Of a DNA stretch of 57,262 bases, positions 38,112 to 46,755 are shown piece by piece (the stretch's first letter is position 1; each line of letters begins with the position of its first letter). Source of the stretch: an uncultured Oscillospiraceae bacterium (GTDB lineage: Bacteria; Bacillota; Clostridia; UBA1212; UBA1255). The translations under genes and the position numbers were made by a program. Location of the stretch: NCBI GenBank assembly GCA_902472555.1, contig CABROF010000003.1, positions 1-57,262 of the forward strand, given 5' to 3'. Below the pieces are notes generated by a model. The model was not told the DNA's origin. It ran no database searches and saw only the letters and a program-made list of their open reading frames with translations.

Positions 38112-38133
38112 CATCTAAATATTATGTTATAAT
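38106..38133 (+). promoter_or_regulatory. Sigma-A promoter of nrdD
   Basis: TTGACT (38106-38111), 16 nt, TGtTATAAT (38125-38133). Confidence 0.6.
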
Positions 38134-38177
38134 TTGTATCCGTAAATGATATTTTTCAGAATTGAGGTTGATCGTAT

Positions 38178-40568
38178 ATGTATCAGGTAGTCAAACGCGA
38201 CGGCAAAATTTCGGATTTTGACATCAGCAAAATCGGGGTGGCAATCACAAAAGCTTTTGAAGCGCAGAATAAACAGTATCATCCCAGCATCATTGATTTA
38301 CTGTCGCTTAAGGTCACATCTGACTTTGAGCCGAAAATAAAAAACAATCTAATTCAAGTAGAGGATATTCAGGATAGTGTGGAAGCGGTCCTGATCCAGG
38401 CCGGTTACGGAGACGTGGCAAAAGCATATATCCTTTATCGGAAGCAGCGTGAAAAAATCCGGAATATGAAATCCACCATTCTGGATTATAAGGAACTGGT
38501 CGATAGTTATGTAAAAGCAACAGACTGGCGTGTAAAAGAAAACTCAACCGTAACATATTCCGTCGGCGGCCTGATTCTGAGCAACAGCGGCGCGATTACA
38601 GCAAACTACTGGCTCTCTGAAATCTATGATGAAGAGATTGCCAATGCGCATCAAAATGCCGACCTTCATATTCATGATTTGTCCATGCTGACGGGCTATT
38701 GTGCCGGCTGGTCTCTCAAGCAGCTGATTCAGGAGGGACTCGGCGGGGTTCCCGGAAAAATTACATCCTCCCCTGCCAGTCATCTCGCAACATTGTGCAA
38801 TCAAATGGTAAACTTTTTAGGAATCATGCAGAACGAATGGGCCGGAGCGCAGGCTTTCTCTTCCTTTGATACCTATCTTGCCCCGTTTGTAAAGGCGGAC
38901 AACCTATCTTATCCGGAAGTGAAAAAGTGCATTGAATCCTTTATCTACGGCGTAAACACGCCCAGTAGGTGGGGTACCCAGGCGCCGTTCTCCAATATCA
39001 CCCTCGATTGGACGGTTCCCAATGATCTGGCAGAGCTCAATGCGATTGTGGGCGGCAAGGAGATGGATTTTAAATATAAAGATTGTAAAAAAGAGATGGA
39101 TATGGTGAATAAAGCCTTTATTGAAATCATGATTGAAGGAGATGCCAACGGCAGAGGCTTCCAGTATCCGATTCCCACATATTCCATTACAAAAGATTTT
39201 GATTGGTCCGATACGGAAAACAACCGTCTGCTGTTTGAAATGACCTCCAAATACGGTACCCCTTATTTTTCCAACTATATCAACAGCGATATGCAGCCGA
39301 ACGATGTCAGAAGCATGTGCTGCAGGCTGCGTTTGGATTTGAGAGAACTGCGTAAAAAGTCAGGCGGCTTCTTCGGGAGCGGAGAAAGCACCGGATCTGT
39401 GGGTGTTGTTACGATCAATATTCCGCGGATCGCCTATCTGGCAGAAAATGAGCAGGATTTTTATAATCGGCTGAACAAGATGATGGATATTGCGGCACGT
39501 TCTCTTAAGGTAAAACGCACAATCATTACAAAGCTTTTGAATGAAGGTCTTTATCCGTATACAAAGCGTTACCTCGGTACATTTGAGAACCATTTTTCAA
39601 CAATCGGTCTGATCGGCTTAAATGAAGCCGGTCTCAACGCCAACTGGATTCGCGCGGACCTGACACAGGAAAAAGCGCAGCAATTTGCAAAAGACGTGCT
39701 GAATCATATGCGGGATCGGCTGTCCGACTATCAAGAAAAATACGGAGATCTGTACAATCTGGAAGCGACGCCCGCAGAGTCTACGACTTATCGGCTCGCA
39801 AAGCACGATGTAGAACGATATCCGGATATTATCACTGCTTCGGAAAAAGGCGGCACCCCTTATTATACCAACAGCTCCCATCTGCCTGTCGGCTATACGG
39901 AAGACGTATTCGAAGCATTGGATATTCAGGACCAGCTCCAGACGCTCTATACATCAGGAACCGTGTTCCACGCGTTTCTCGGCGAAAAAATGCCTGACTG
40001 GCGGTCTGCGGCAGCATTGATCCGAAAGATTGCGGAAAATTATACACTGCCCTATTACACACTGTCTCCTACGTATTCTATCTGCAGAGCCCACGGATAT
40101 TTGTCCGGTGAACAGTATACCTGCCCGATATGCGGCGGACAAACAGAGGTTTACAGCCGTATTACCGGTTATTACCGGCCGGTACAGAATTGGAACGACG
40201 GCAAATCTCAGGAATTCAAGGACCGGAAGGTATATAACATTGCGGAATCACGACTGAAGCATCCGCGCTGTGCACAAGAGCCCGCACAGACAGCAGACGG
40301 CACGGCAGAGCCCCGGGACACAGGTGCCGCGGGAAACGGAAGCCGGGTATTGCTGTTTACCACCAAAACATGTCCGAACTGTAAGCTGGCTGACGCTATG
40401 CTGCAAAAGGCTTCGGTCCCATATGAAAAAATCGATGCAGAGGAAAATGCGCAGCTGGCTAAGCAGTATGGCATCAAGCAGGCGCCCTCCCTCGTGGTCG
40501 TTCACGGCGACGGCTATGATAAATATGTAAATGCGTCTAATATTAAAAGCTATATCAGCGGAATCTGA
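38178..40568 (+). CDS. nrdD: Anaerobic (class III) ribonucleoside-triphosphate reductase with C-terminal thioredoxin-fold domain fusion
   Basis: N-terminal ATP-cone MYQVVKRDGKISDFD. Finger-loop-like SMCCRLRLD. Zn site CPICGG. Glycyl radical motif RITGYYRP (G664). A ~40 aa linker follows, then VLLFTTKTCPNCKLADAMLQKASVPYEKIDAEEN...APSLVV (CPNC at 40371-40382). Confidence 0.9.
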   Translation: MYQVVKRDGKISDFDISKIGVAITKAFEAQNKQYHPSIIDLLSLKVTSDFEPKIKNNLIQVEDIQDSVEAVLIQAGYGDVAKAYILYRKQREKIRNMKSTILDYKELVDSYVKATDWRVKENSTVTYSVGGLILSNSGAITANYWLSEIYDEEIANAHQNADLHIHDLSMLTGYCAGWSLKQLIQEGLGGVPGKITSSPASHLATLCNQMVNFLGIMQNEWAGAQAFSSFDTYLAPFVKADNLSYPEVKKCIESFIYGVNTPSRWGTQAPFSNITLDWTVPNDLAELNAIVGGKEMDFKYKDCKKEMDMVNKAFIEIMIEGDANGRGFQYPIPTYSITKDFDWSDTENNRLLFEMTSKYGTPYFSNYINSDMQPNDVRSMCCRLRLDLRELRKKSGGFFGSGESTGSVGVVTINIPRIAYLAENEQDFYNRLNKMMDIAARSLKVKRTIITKLLNEGLYPYTKRYLGTFENHFSTIGLIGLNEAGLNANWIRADLTQEKAQQFAKDVLNHMRDRLSDYQEKYGDLYNLEATPAESTTYRLAKHDVERYPDIITASEKGGTPYYTNSSHLPVGYTEDVFEALDIQDQLQTLYTSGTVFHAFLGEKMPDWRSAAALIRKIAENYTLPYYTLSPTYSICRAHGYLSGEQYTCPICGGQTEVYSRITGYYRPVQNWNDGKSQEFKDRKVYNIAESRLKHPRCAQEPAQTADGTAEPRDTGAAGNGSRVLLFTTKTCPNCKLADAMLQKASVPYEKIDAEENAQLAKQYGIKQAPSLVVVHGDGYDKYVNASNIKSYISGI

Positions 40569-40581
40569 CGTTTCCATCGGT

Positions 40582-40625
40582 ACAAAGCATCCGCAGGCAC
40601 ACTCCTTCCGGATGCTTTGTTTTTT
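40582..40625 (+). terminator. Rho-independent terminator directly after nrdD, about 30 nt before the trxB ATG
   Basis: ACAAAGCATCCG / CGGATGCTTTGT perfect 12 bp stem with a 15 nt loop, followed by TTTTT. Confidence 0.8.
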
Positions 40626-40658
40626 CATCTTGTTTTGACATCAGACGGAGGGATCTTC

Positions 40659-41582
40659 ATGTACGACGTAATTGTAATCGGCGGCGGAACAGCGGGAATG
40701 ACCGCAGCACTGTATATTCTGCGGACAGGAAAAAAAGTATTGATTCTTGAAGCGGAAAACGTAGGCGGTCAGATCGCCTATTCTCCGCGGGTAGAAAATT
40801 ATCCGGGCATCCCGCAAATCAGCGGAAGCGCTTTTGCCAGTCAGCTGTTTGAACAGGTCCTTGCGTTAGGCGCGGCATTTGAACTGGAGACGGTTCTTGC
40901 GGTCAGAGATGCAGGCAGGTTCAAATATGTTGTGACAGAAGAAACGGAATATGCCTGCACAAGCGTCGTCATCGCAACAGGAGTTACGCATCGTCATCTT
41001 AATATAGAAGGGGAAGCAGACCTGGCTGGCAGCGGAATTTCCTATTGTGCCGTATGCGACGGTGCCTTCTTTAAAGATAAAATCGTTGCTGTAGCAGGCG
41101 GCGGAAACACAGCGCTGCAGTCCGCACTGTTTTTATCGTCTTTATGTAAGAAAGTGATTCTGATTCACCGCAGAGATGAATTCCGCGCAGAAAGCACTTT
41201 GGTGAACCAACTGCGCACCAAAAACAACGCCATATTTCTGACAAGCAGCAGGATCCGCGGCTTGCTCGGGACCCGTGAATTAGAGGGCCTTATGGTGGAA
41301 GAGATCAAGACAGGCCGCGTTTACCGGCTGCCTGTGGAGGGATTGTTTGTCTCCATCGGACAGGTCCCCCGCAACGATTGTTTTGCCGCGCTCCTGCAGC
41401 TGGATGAAAACGGCTATATTGCAGCAGGTGAAGACTGCAGGACCTCTGCCGACGGAATCTTCGCTGCCGGCGACTGCCGGACAAAAGCCGTGCGGCAGCT
41501 GACCACCGCTGCCGCAGACGGCGCGGTTGCGGGACTTGCGGCATGTCTTTATGCAGATGAAGTTATGAGTCTGAAGTCTTGA
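40659..41582 (+). CDS. trxB: Thioredoxin-disulfide reductase (NADPH type)
   Basis: FAD motif VIVIGGGTAGMTAA. Redox CAVCDG. GGGNTALQSALFL. HRRDEFRA. GDC near the C-terminus. GGAGGG lies 6 nt upstream of the ATG. Confidence 0.9.
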   Translation: MYDVIVIGGGTAGMTAALYILRTGKKVLILEAENVGGQIAYSPRVENYPGIPQISGSAFASQLFEQVLALGAAFELETVLAVRDAGRFKYVVTEETEYACTSVVIATGVTHRHLNIEGEADLAGSGISYCAVCDGAFFKDKIVAVAGGGNTALQSALFLSSLCKKVILIHRRDEFRAESTLVNQLRTKNNAIFLTSSRIRGLLGTRELEGLMVEEIKTGRVYRLPVEGLFVSIGQVPRNDCFAALLQLDENGYIAAGEDCRTSADGIFAAGDCRTKAVRQLTTAAADGAVAGLAACLYADEVMSLKS

Positions 41583-41635
41583 GTCTTTCCGCACAGAATT
41601 GTACACAGGATTGATTAAAAAAATAGTACAGGATG

Positions 41636-41672
41636 AAAAAGCAGACGGCAGGCGCTTTGTGCGTCCGCCGTC
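41636..41672 (-). terminator. Terminator of spoIVA; may also stop trxB transcripts
   Basis: GACGGCAGGCGC / GCGTCCGCCGTC, 12 bp with one mismatch. On the minus strand TGCTTTTTC follows. Confidence 0.65.
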
Positions 41673-41698
41673 ATGTATCTTGCCTCAATAGATATCAG

Positions 41699-43177
41699 TT
41701 ACAGAATAATACAAATCAATCCGCCGCTGCCCTCGTTGATTACACGTTCTATGGTTTCCTGCAGCTTAACACGCTCTTCATCCGGAATACGGTTCAATTT
41801 GCTCTGCAGTCCCTCGCTCATCAGTTCATTTAACGGTTTGCCGAACAGATTGGAGGTCCAGATGGACTGCGGTTCATTTTCAAATTCGCTCAGGATATAA
41901 TTGACAAGCTCCTCCGATTGTTTTTCCGTACCGACAAAGGGTGCGATCTCCGTTTCGATATTCGCTTTAATCATGTGGATAGACGGTGCTTCTGCCCGGA
42001 GCTTGACACCGAACCGATTGCCCTGCCGTACGATTTCAGGCTCATCGAGACGCATTTCTTCTATTGTCGGCATTACAATGCCGTACCCCTTTAATTCAAC
42101 CTCCCGCAGCGCGTACTCAATCCGTTCATGTTCCCGTTTGATTCTGCCCAGATCCCGAATCATGGCAACCAGCGCTTTATCATCCGTTATATCCAGGCCG
42201 GAACGGTCTGATAGGATCTTATAAAATAGTTCATCCGGCATCATCAGCTCTACCAGCGCGCTTCCCCGGCCGGCATCTACCTCGGCGATTCTCGCTTTTT
42301 TCACAAACCCATAACTGCCCAGTAGATCCGTACAAGCCTCAATATGCCGGACCTTATCCGCCTCTGCAAAAGCCTCCCGAATTGCACTCAACAGAGAGAT
42401 TTTCAGTGATTCATCATATTCAAGGCTTTCCATCCACTGCGGAATATTGATTCCGATCTCGCAGATCGGAAATTCATAGAGGATGGTCCGCATAACCGTA
42501 TGAATATCCTCCTGGGTCATGGTGCTGCAGTTGATGGGAAGTACCGGAACTCCGTATTTTTCTTCCATTTCCGCCCTCAGAAGCTGGGTTTCCTCTGATG
42601 TGGGGTCCACACAGTTCAGCAGGATTGCAAAAGGCTTGCCTGTCATCTGCATTTCCTTTACCACCTGCTCCTCGGCGCTGATATATTCCTCCCGATTGAT
42701 ATCTGTTACCGTTCCGTCTGTCGTCACAACAAGCCCAATGGTGGAGTGCTCATTGATCACCTTTTTTGTTCCGATTTCAGCCGCTTCTCCAAAGGGGATT
42801 TTTTCATCAAACCAAGGCGTATCGACCATCCGCGGCATATCATTTTCCAAATGACCGAGGGCACCCTCAACCAAATATCCTACGCAGTCAACCAGTCTGA
42901 CCTTCAGCTGAATATGGTCTCCGATCACAATATGCGCGGCTTCATTCGGAATAAATTTCGGTTCCGTCGTCATGATGGTTTTTCCGGAAGCGCTCTGCGG
43001 CAATTCGTCAATCGCTCTGTCCCGCTCAAAATGGTCACTGATATTCGGAATGACCAGCAAATCCATAAACCGCTTGATAAATGTGGACTTTCCAGTTCTG
43101 ACCGGCCCCACAACGCCTATGTAAATATCGCCTTTGGTTCGTTCGGCTATTTGCTGATATATATCATATCTGTCCAA
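41699..43177 (-). CDS. spoIVA: Stage IV sporulation protein A (spore coat morphogenetic ATPase)
   Basis: DIYIGVVGPVRTGKSTFIKRFMD, 492 aa. TTG start has GGGAGG 8 nt upstream. Confidence 0.93.
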   Translation of the reverse strand: MDRYDIYQQIAERTKGDIYIGVVGPVRTGKSTFIKRFMDLLVIPNISDHFERDRAIDELPQSASGKTIMTTEPKFIPNEAAHIVIGDHIQLKVRLVDCVGYLVEGALGHLENDMPRMVDTPWFDEKIPFGEAAEIGTKKVINEHSTIGLVVTTDGTVTDINREEYISAEEQVVKEMQMTGKPFAILLNCVDPTSEETQLLRAEMEEKYGVPVLPINCSTMTQEDIHTVMRTILYEFPICEIGINIPQWMESLEYDESLKISLLSAIREAFAEADKVRHIEACTDLLGSYGFVKKARIAEVDAGRGSALVELMMPDELFYKILSDRSGLDITDDKALVAMIRDLGRIKREHERIEYALREVELKGYGIVMPTIEEMRLDEPEIVRQGNRFGVKLRAEAPSIHMIKANIETEIAPFVGTEKQSEELVNYILSEFENEPQSIWTSNLFGKPLNELMSEGLQSKLNRIPDEERVKLQETIERVINEGSGGLICIIL

Positions 43178-43357
43178 TCCAAAAACCTCCCTTAGAAAAA
43201 TGTATAAGTGTTTGTTTACAATAATGTATATTGAAACGGGAGGTGAAATATTACCATTGCAGTCAGATTTATTTCGAAATTAAAATACGTGCGGAAAGCA
43301 CAAATCGTCCTGTGCCGCATCGCGGCCAAACGCTGTGGGAAAGCGCTCCGTGCCCTG

Positions 43358-44740
43358 TTACGTGCCGGAGGATTGCGGCGTCTCCACCAAAGAGAAAAAA
43401 CTTTTATGCCGGAGTCTGATCAGATAAATAACTGCCCGTGCAAGCCAATCCGCATACATTCCAATCCACACGCCGATTACACCGTATCTGAGTACAACGC
43501 ACAGCAAATAACCGATAGCCACGCGGAACAGCCACATGGTAGCAATGGAAACCACCATTGTAAATTTAACGTCACCGGCAGCCCGCAATCCCGCCGGTGT
43601 TGTAAAGGCAGCCGGCCAAAGCAGCGGAACGGCAAACAGCATCGTCAGAATCAGTTCAGAGGCAATGCCCTTTGTTTTCTCTCCAAGATGAAACAATGCG
43701 AGAATCTGATCAGACGCCAAATATGCCGCCAAATTTGTAAAAAGCTGCAGACCCATTGTGATCAGGACAAAATAACGGATATAACGTTTGGCCTCCCGGA
43801 AGCGGCTGCTGCCGATACAATAGCCGACAACCGTCATAATTGCGATATTCAGCGAATTCCCGGGGATCAGGGCAATATTAAAAATCGTTCCGACAACGCC
43901 GTTAGCCGTAATGGCAGGGGTACCGAAGGAAGTAATAAAATTTTGCGTCATAACCTTGCCGCATTGAAAAATCACCGATTCGGCAGCAGCCGGAACGCCG
44001 ATAAATAAAATCAGCTTCAGCACGTCCCAATGCAATCTAACCGGAAATGCGCCGCGAATATTTACAGACTGGGTGACCCTTGTCAGCAGAAATACCATAA
44101 TGCCGGCACCGATCACACGGGAAATCAACGATGCCAAAGCCGCGCCGCCGGCTTCCATAGACATTCCGTATATAAATACTGCATTTCCGGATACATTAAT
44201 CACATTCATGATTACGGAAATAACCATGGTTGCCGTAGTATTGCCTTTTGCCCGAAAAACCGCGGCGCAGGTGCTGTAAATTGCTAAAAACGGATAAGAC
44301 AGCGCGGAATAAAAGAAGTATTCGGCAGCCTGTTTGGTGACGTCCGGTTTCATTTTCCCATACAGAATCCCTAAAATATCGCTGCCCCATATGACGCAGA
44401 CAAAGGCAATGAGGGTGGAAATAACAATGGATATCCAAAATGCCTGCACTGCGGTCCGGTTTGCTTTTTTGAGGTCATCCGCGCCGAGGTATTGGGAAAT
44501 CACTACGGTGGCGCCGGTAGCTACGGCCATAAACACATTGATCAGCAGAATATTAATTGCATCCACATTGCTGACACCGGCCACGCTGGCCTCTCCGGTA
44601 CTGGATACCATGATGGTATCCGCCAGACCGATGGTAGATGCCAGCAGCTGTTCTATGACAATGGGGATAATGAGTCGCAGCAGATTTTTTTTATTATGGT
44701 AATAGAAATCACCCACAAATTCAGATCCTTCAGCTTTCAT
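43358..44740 (-). CDS. MATE family efflux transporter
   Basis: About 12 TM segments. N-terminus LLRLIIPIVIEQLLASTIGLADTIMVS is typical of MATE. Confidence 0.85.
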   Translation of the reverse strand: MKAEGSEFVGDFYYHNKKNLLRLIIPIVIEQLLASTIGLADTIMVSSTGEASVAGVSNVDAINILLINVFMAVATGATVVISQYLGADDLKKANRTAVQAFWISIVISTLIAFVCVIWGSDILGILYGKMKPDVTKQAAEYFFYSALSYPFLAIYSTCAAVFRAKGNTTATMVISVIMNVINVSGNAVFIYGMSMEAGGAALASLISRVIGAGIMVFLLTRVTQSVNIRGAFPVRLHWDVLKLILFIGVPAAAESVIFQCGKVMTQNFITSFGTPAITANGVVGTIFNIALIPGNSLNIAIMTVVGYCIGSSRFREAKRYIRYFVLITMGLQLFTNLAAYLASDQILALFHLGEKTKGIASELILTMLFAVPLLWPAAFTTPAGLRAAGDVKFTMVVSIATMWLFRVAIGYLLCVVLRYGVIGVWIGMYADWLARAVIYLIRLRHKSFFSLVETPQSSGT

Positions 44741-44796
44741 GCAGCACGCATGGACTATTTTTTAGTAAATCAAAATTTCAGCGGCCGTCCCAAAAC

Positions 44797-45420
44797 CTAT
44801 TTAGATTTTGCGCCAAGCTTTGATTCCGTTCCCCTTATCAGCCGTACAATATTGGAACGATGCCGGAATAGGATCATCGCAGTGACAAACAGGCTCAGGT
44901 AAAATACCGGGCCGAGTCCGCGTTCGGAATACAGCACGTCGCCGGCAAAGAAAACAATAATCGGCAGACAGACCGCCGCCATAATGGAACCGAGAGAAAC
45001 GTATCTGGTAAGGGCTACTACCATGATGAAAATCGCAAATACCACAAGCGTCGGTACCGGCGCGATTACAAGCATAACGGAAAATGCGGTCAGAACACCT
45101 TTTCCGCCTTTGAATCCAAAATAAAGCGGCCAATTGTGCCCGATAATCGCACATGCACCGCCTACCGCCGCACCGGCTGTACCGTTTAGCAGCATCCCCA
45201 GCACCACGGCAAGAATCCCTTTTAAGAAATCGCCGATAAAGGTCAGCGCCGCGGCTTTCTTTCCGAATACCCGCAGCATATTCGTCATTCCGGCGTTGCC
45301 GCTTCCCTGCTTACGAATATCGCAGCGATAAACGGTTTTTGAAAATATTACGGCAGAATTGATACTGCCTAATAAATACCCGGCAATAGCCGTTGCAATC
45401 ATTTTCAGCGCAATTATCAT
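44797..45420 (-). CDS. plsY: Glycerol-3-phosphate acyltransferase PlsY
   Basis: GSGNAGMTNMLRVFGKK, GKGV, 207 aa. Lies 12 nt downstream of der. Confidence 0.92.
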   Translation of the reverse strand: MIIALKMIATAIAGYLLGSINSAVIFSKTVYRCDIRKQGSGNAGMTNMLRVFGKKAAALTFIGDFLKGILAVVLGMLLNGTAGAAVGGACAIIGHNWPLYFGFKGGKGVLTAFSVMLVIAPVPTLVVFAIFIMVVALTRYVSLGSIMAAVCLPIIVFFAGDVLYSERGLGPVFYLSLFVTAMILFRHRSNIVRLIRGTESKLGAKSK

Positions 45421-45432
45421 GACAACCGCTCC

Positions 45433-46755
45433 TTATGCTTCCTCTTTTTCCCGAATCTTAAATACGATGGGCGTCCCCTCAAATCCGAAATTTTTGCGCA
45501 GCTGATTCTCGATATAACGTGCATACGAAAAATGGAACAGCTCCGAACGATTGCAGAAAATCGCAAAAGTCGGGGGCTTCACACGGATTTGCGTCATATA
45601 ATACAGCTTCAGACGTTTCCCCTTATCAGAGGGCGGCTGCACCATTGCAACAGCTTCATTCAAAACATCATTCAGCACACCGGTCTGAATGCGCATGGCA
45701 GCCTGATTGGCCACATACTGAATCATTTCATACAGCTTCTGAACGCGCTGCCCGGTCCGCGCCGAAATAAATAAAACCGGCGCGTAGAGCATAAAGCTCA
45801 GCTTCTCCTGAACGGTTTTCCGGTAAGTCTCCATGGTTTTGGTATCCTTGTCGATGAGATCCCATTTGTTGACTGCAATCACACAGGCCTTTCCTTTATT
45901 ATGCGCATACCCCGCAATTTTGGTATCCTGCTCCGTGACGCCGTCCTGCGCATCGATCATAATCACCACGACATCGCATCTATCCACCGCGGTCAGACTG
46001 CGCATGGTGCTGTAGCGCTCGATGTGATCCGTAATCTTTCCGCGTTTTCGCATACCGGCTGTATCAATAAAGCAGAATCGATTTCCCTCCCGTTCAACAT
46101 ACGTATCGATGGCATCCCGCGTCGTACCGGGAACATCACTGACAATCACGCGTTCTTCGCCTAAAATCTGATTGATCAGAGAGGACTTTCCCGCATTCGG
46201 CTTTCCGACCACAGCGACTTTTGTTGCGTCTTCCGGCTCGTCCTCTTCCCAATTCTCCGGAAACATCGCGTAAAGTGCGTCCAGCACCTCCCCAATGCCC
46301 AGTCCATGGGCCGATGAAATCGTGTAGAAATCTCCCAAGCCTAAATTATAAAAATCGTATACGGTCAGCGGAGGTTCTCCGATGTGATCGATCTTATTCA
46401 CCACCAGCAGCAGCGGTTTACCGGATTTCCGCAGCAGGGCGGCAATGTCTTTATCATTCGCCGTTACGCCCTCCCTGCCATCGGTCATAAATAAAATAAT
46501 ATCCGCCAGCTCCACTGCGATTTCAGCCTGCCGCTTCATCTGCATAAGGATACTGTCCGTGGAGGCCGGTTCCAGCCCGCCTGTATCGATCAGCGTAAAT
46601 GTGCGGCCGCGCCATTCCACATCCTCGTAAATTCTGTCCCGCGTAACCCCGGGAACATCCTCAACAATAGAAATTCGCTTTCCGGTCACATAATTGAAAA
46701 AAGAGGACTTCCCGACATTCGGCCTGCCCAAAATCGCTACGATCGGTTTACTCAT
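45433..46755 (-). CDS. der: Ribosome biogenesis GTPase Der (EngA)
   Basis: Two GTPase domains, GRPNVGKSSFFN and GKPNAGKSSLIN, plus a KH-like C-terminus. The start at MSKPIV has GGGAG 5 nt upstream. Confidence 0.93.
   Translation of the reverse strand: MSKPIVAILGRPNVGKSSFFNYVTGKRISIVEDVPGVTRDRIYEDVEWRGRTFTLIDTGGLEPASTDSILMQMKRQAEIAVELADIILFMTDGREGVTANDKDIAALLRKSGKPLLLVVNKIDHIGEPPLTVYDFYNLGLGDFYTISSAHGLGIGEVLDALYAMFPENWEEDEPEDATKVAVVGKPNAGKSSLINQILGEERVIVSDVPGTTRDAIDTYVEREGNRFCFIDTAGMRKRGKITDHIERYSTMRSLTAVDRCDVVVIMIDAQDGVTEQDTKIAGYAHNKGKACVIAVNKWDLIDKDTKTMETYRKTVQEKLSFMLYAPVLFISARTGQRVQKLYEMIQYVANQAAMRIQTGVLNDVLNEAVAMVQPPSDKGKRLKLYYMTQIRVKPPTFAIFCNRSELFHFSYARYIENQLRKNFGFEGTPIVFKIREKEEA

Noticed and set aside
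43240-43262. A strong SD-like GGGAGGTGA on the plus strand, which read on the minus strand is an ACCTCCC anti-SD complementary to the spoIVA SD.
   Set aside because: On the plus strand only an 11-codon ORF or an antisense shadow ORF follows it. On the minus strand the likely spoIVA promoter (TATACATT-like -10 close to the SD) lies downstream of it, so it is probably not in the transcript. I left it unclaimed.
43289-44008. Long plus-strand ORF (239 aa) antisense to the MATE transporter. Similar antisense ORFs occur at 18672-19616, 56389-57066, 3041-3700, 30211-30831, 27505-28098 and 8039-8584.
   Set aside because: Their composition is low-complexity and rich in Arg, Cys and Pro. They have no SD and no motifs, and each lies fully inside a well-supported gene on the opposite strand. 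These are typical shadow ORFs.
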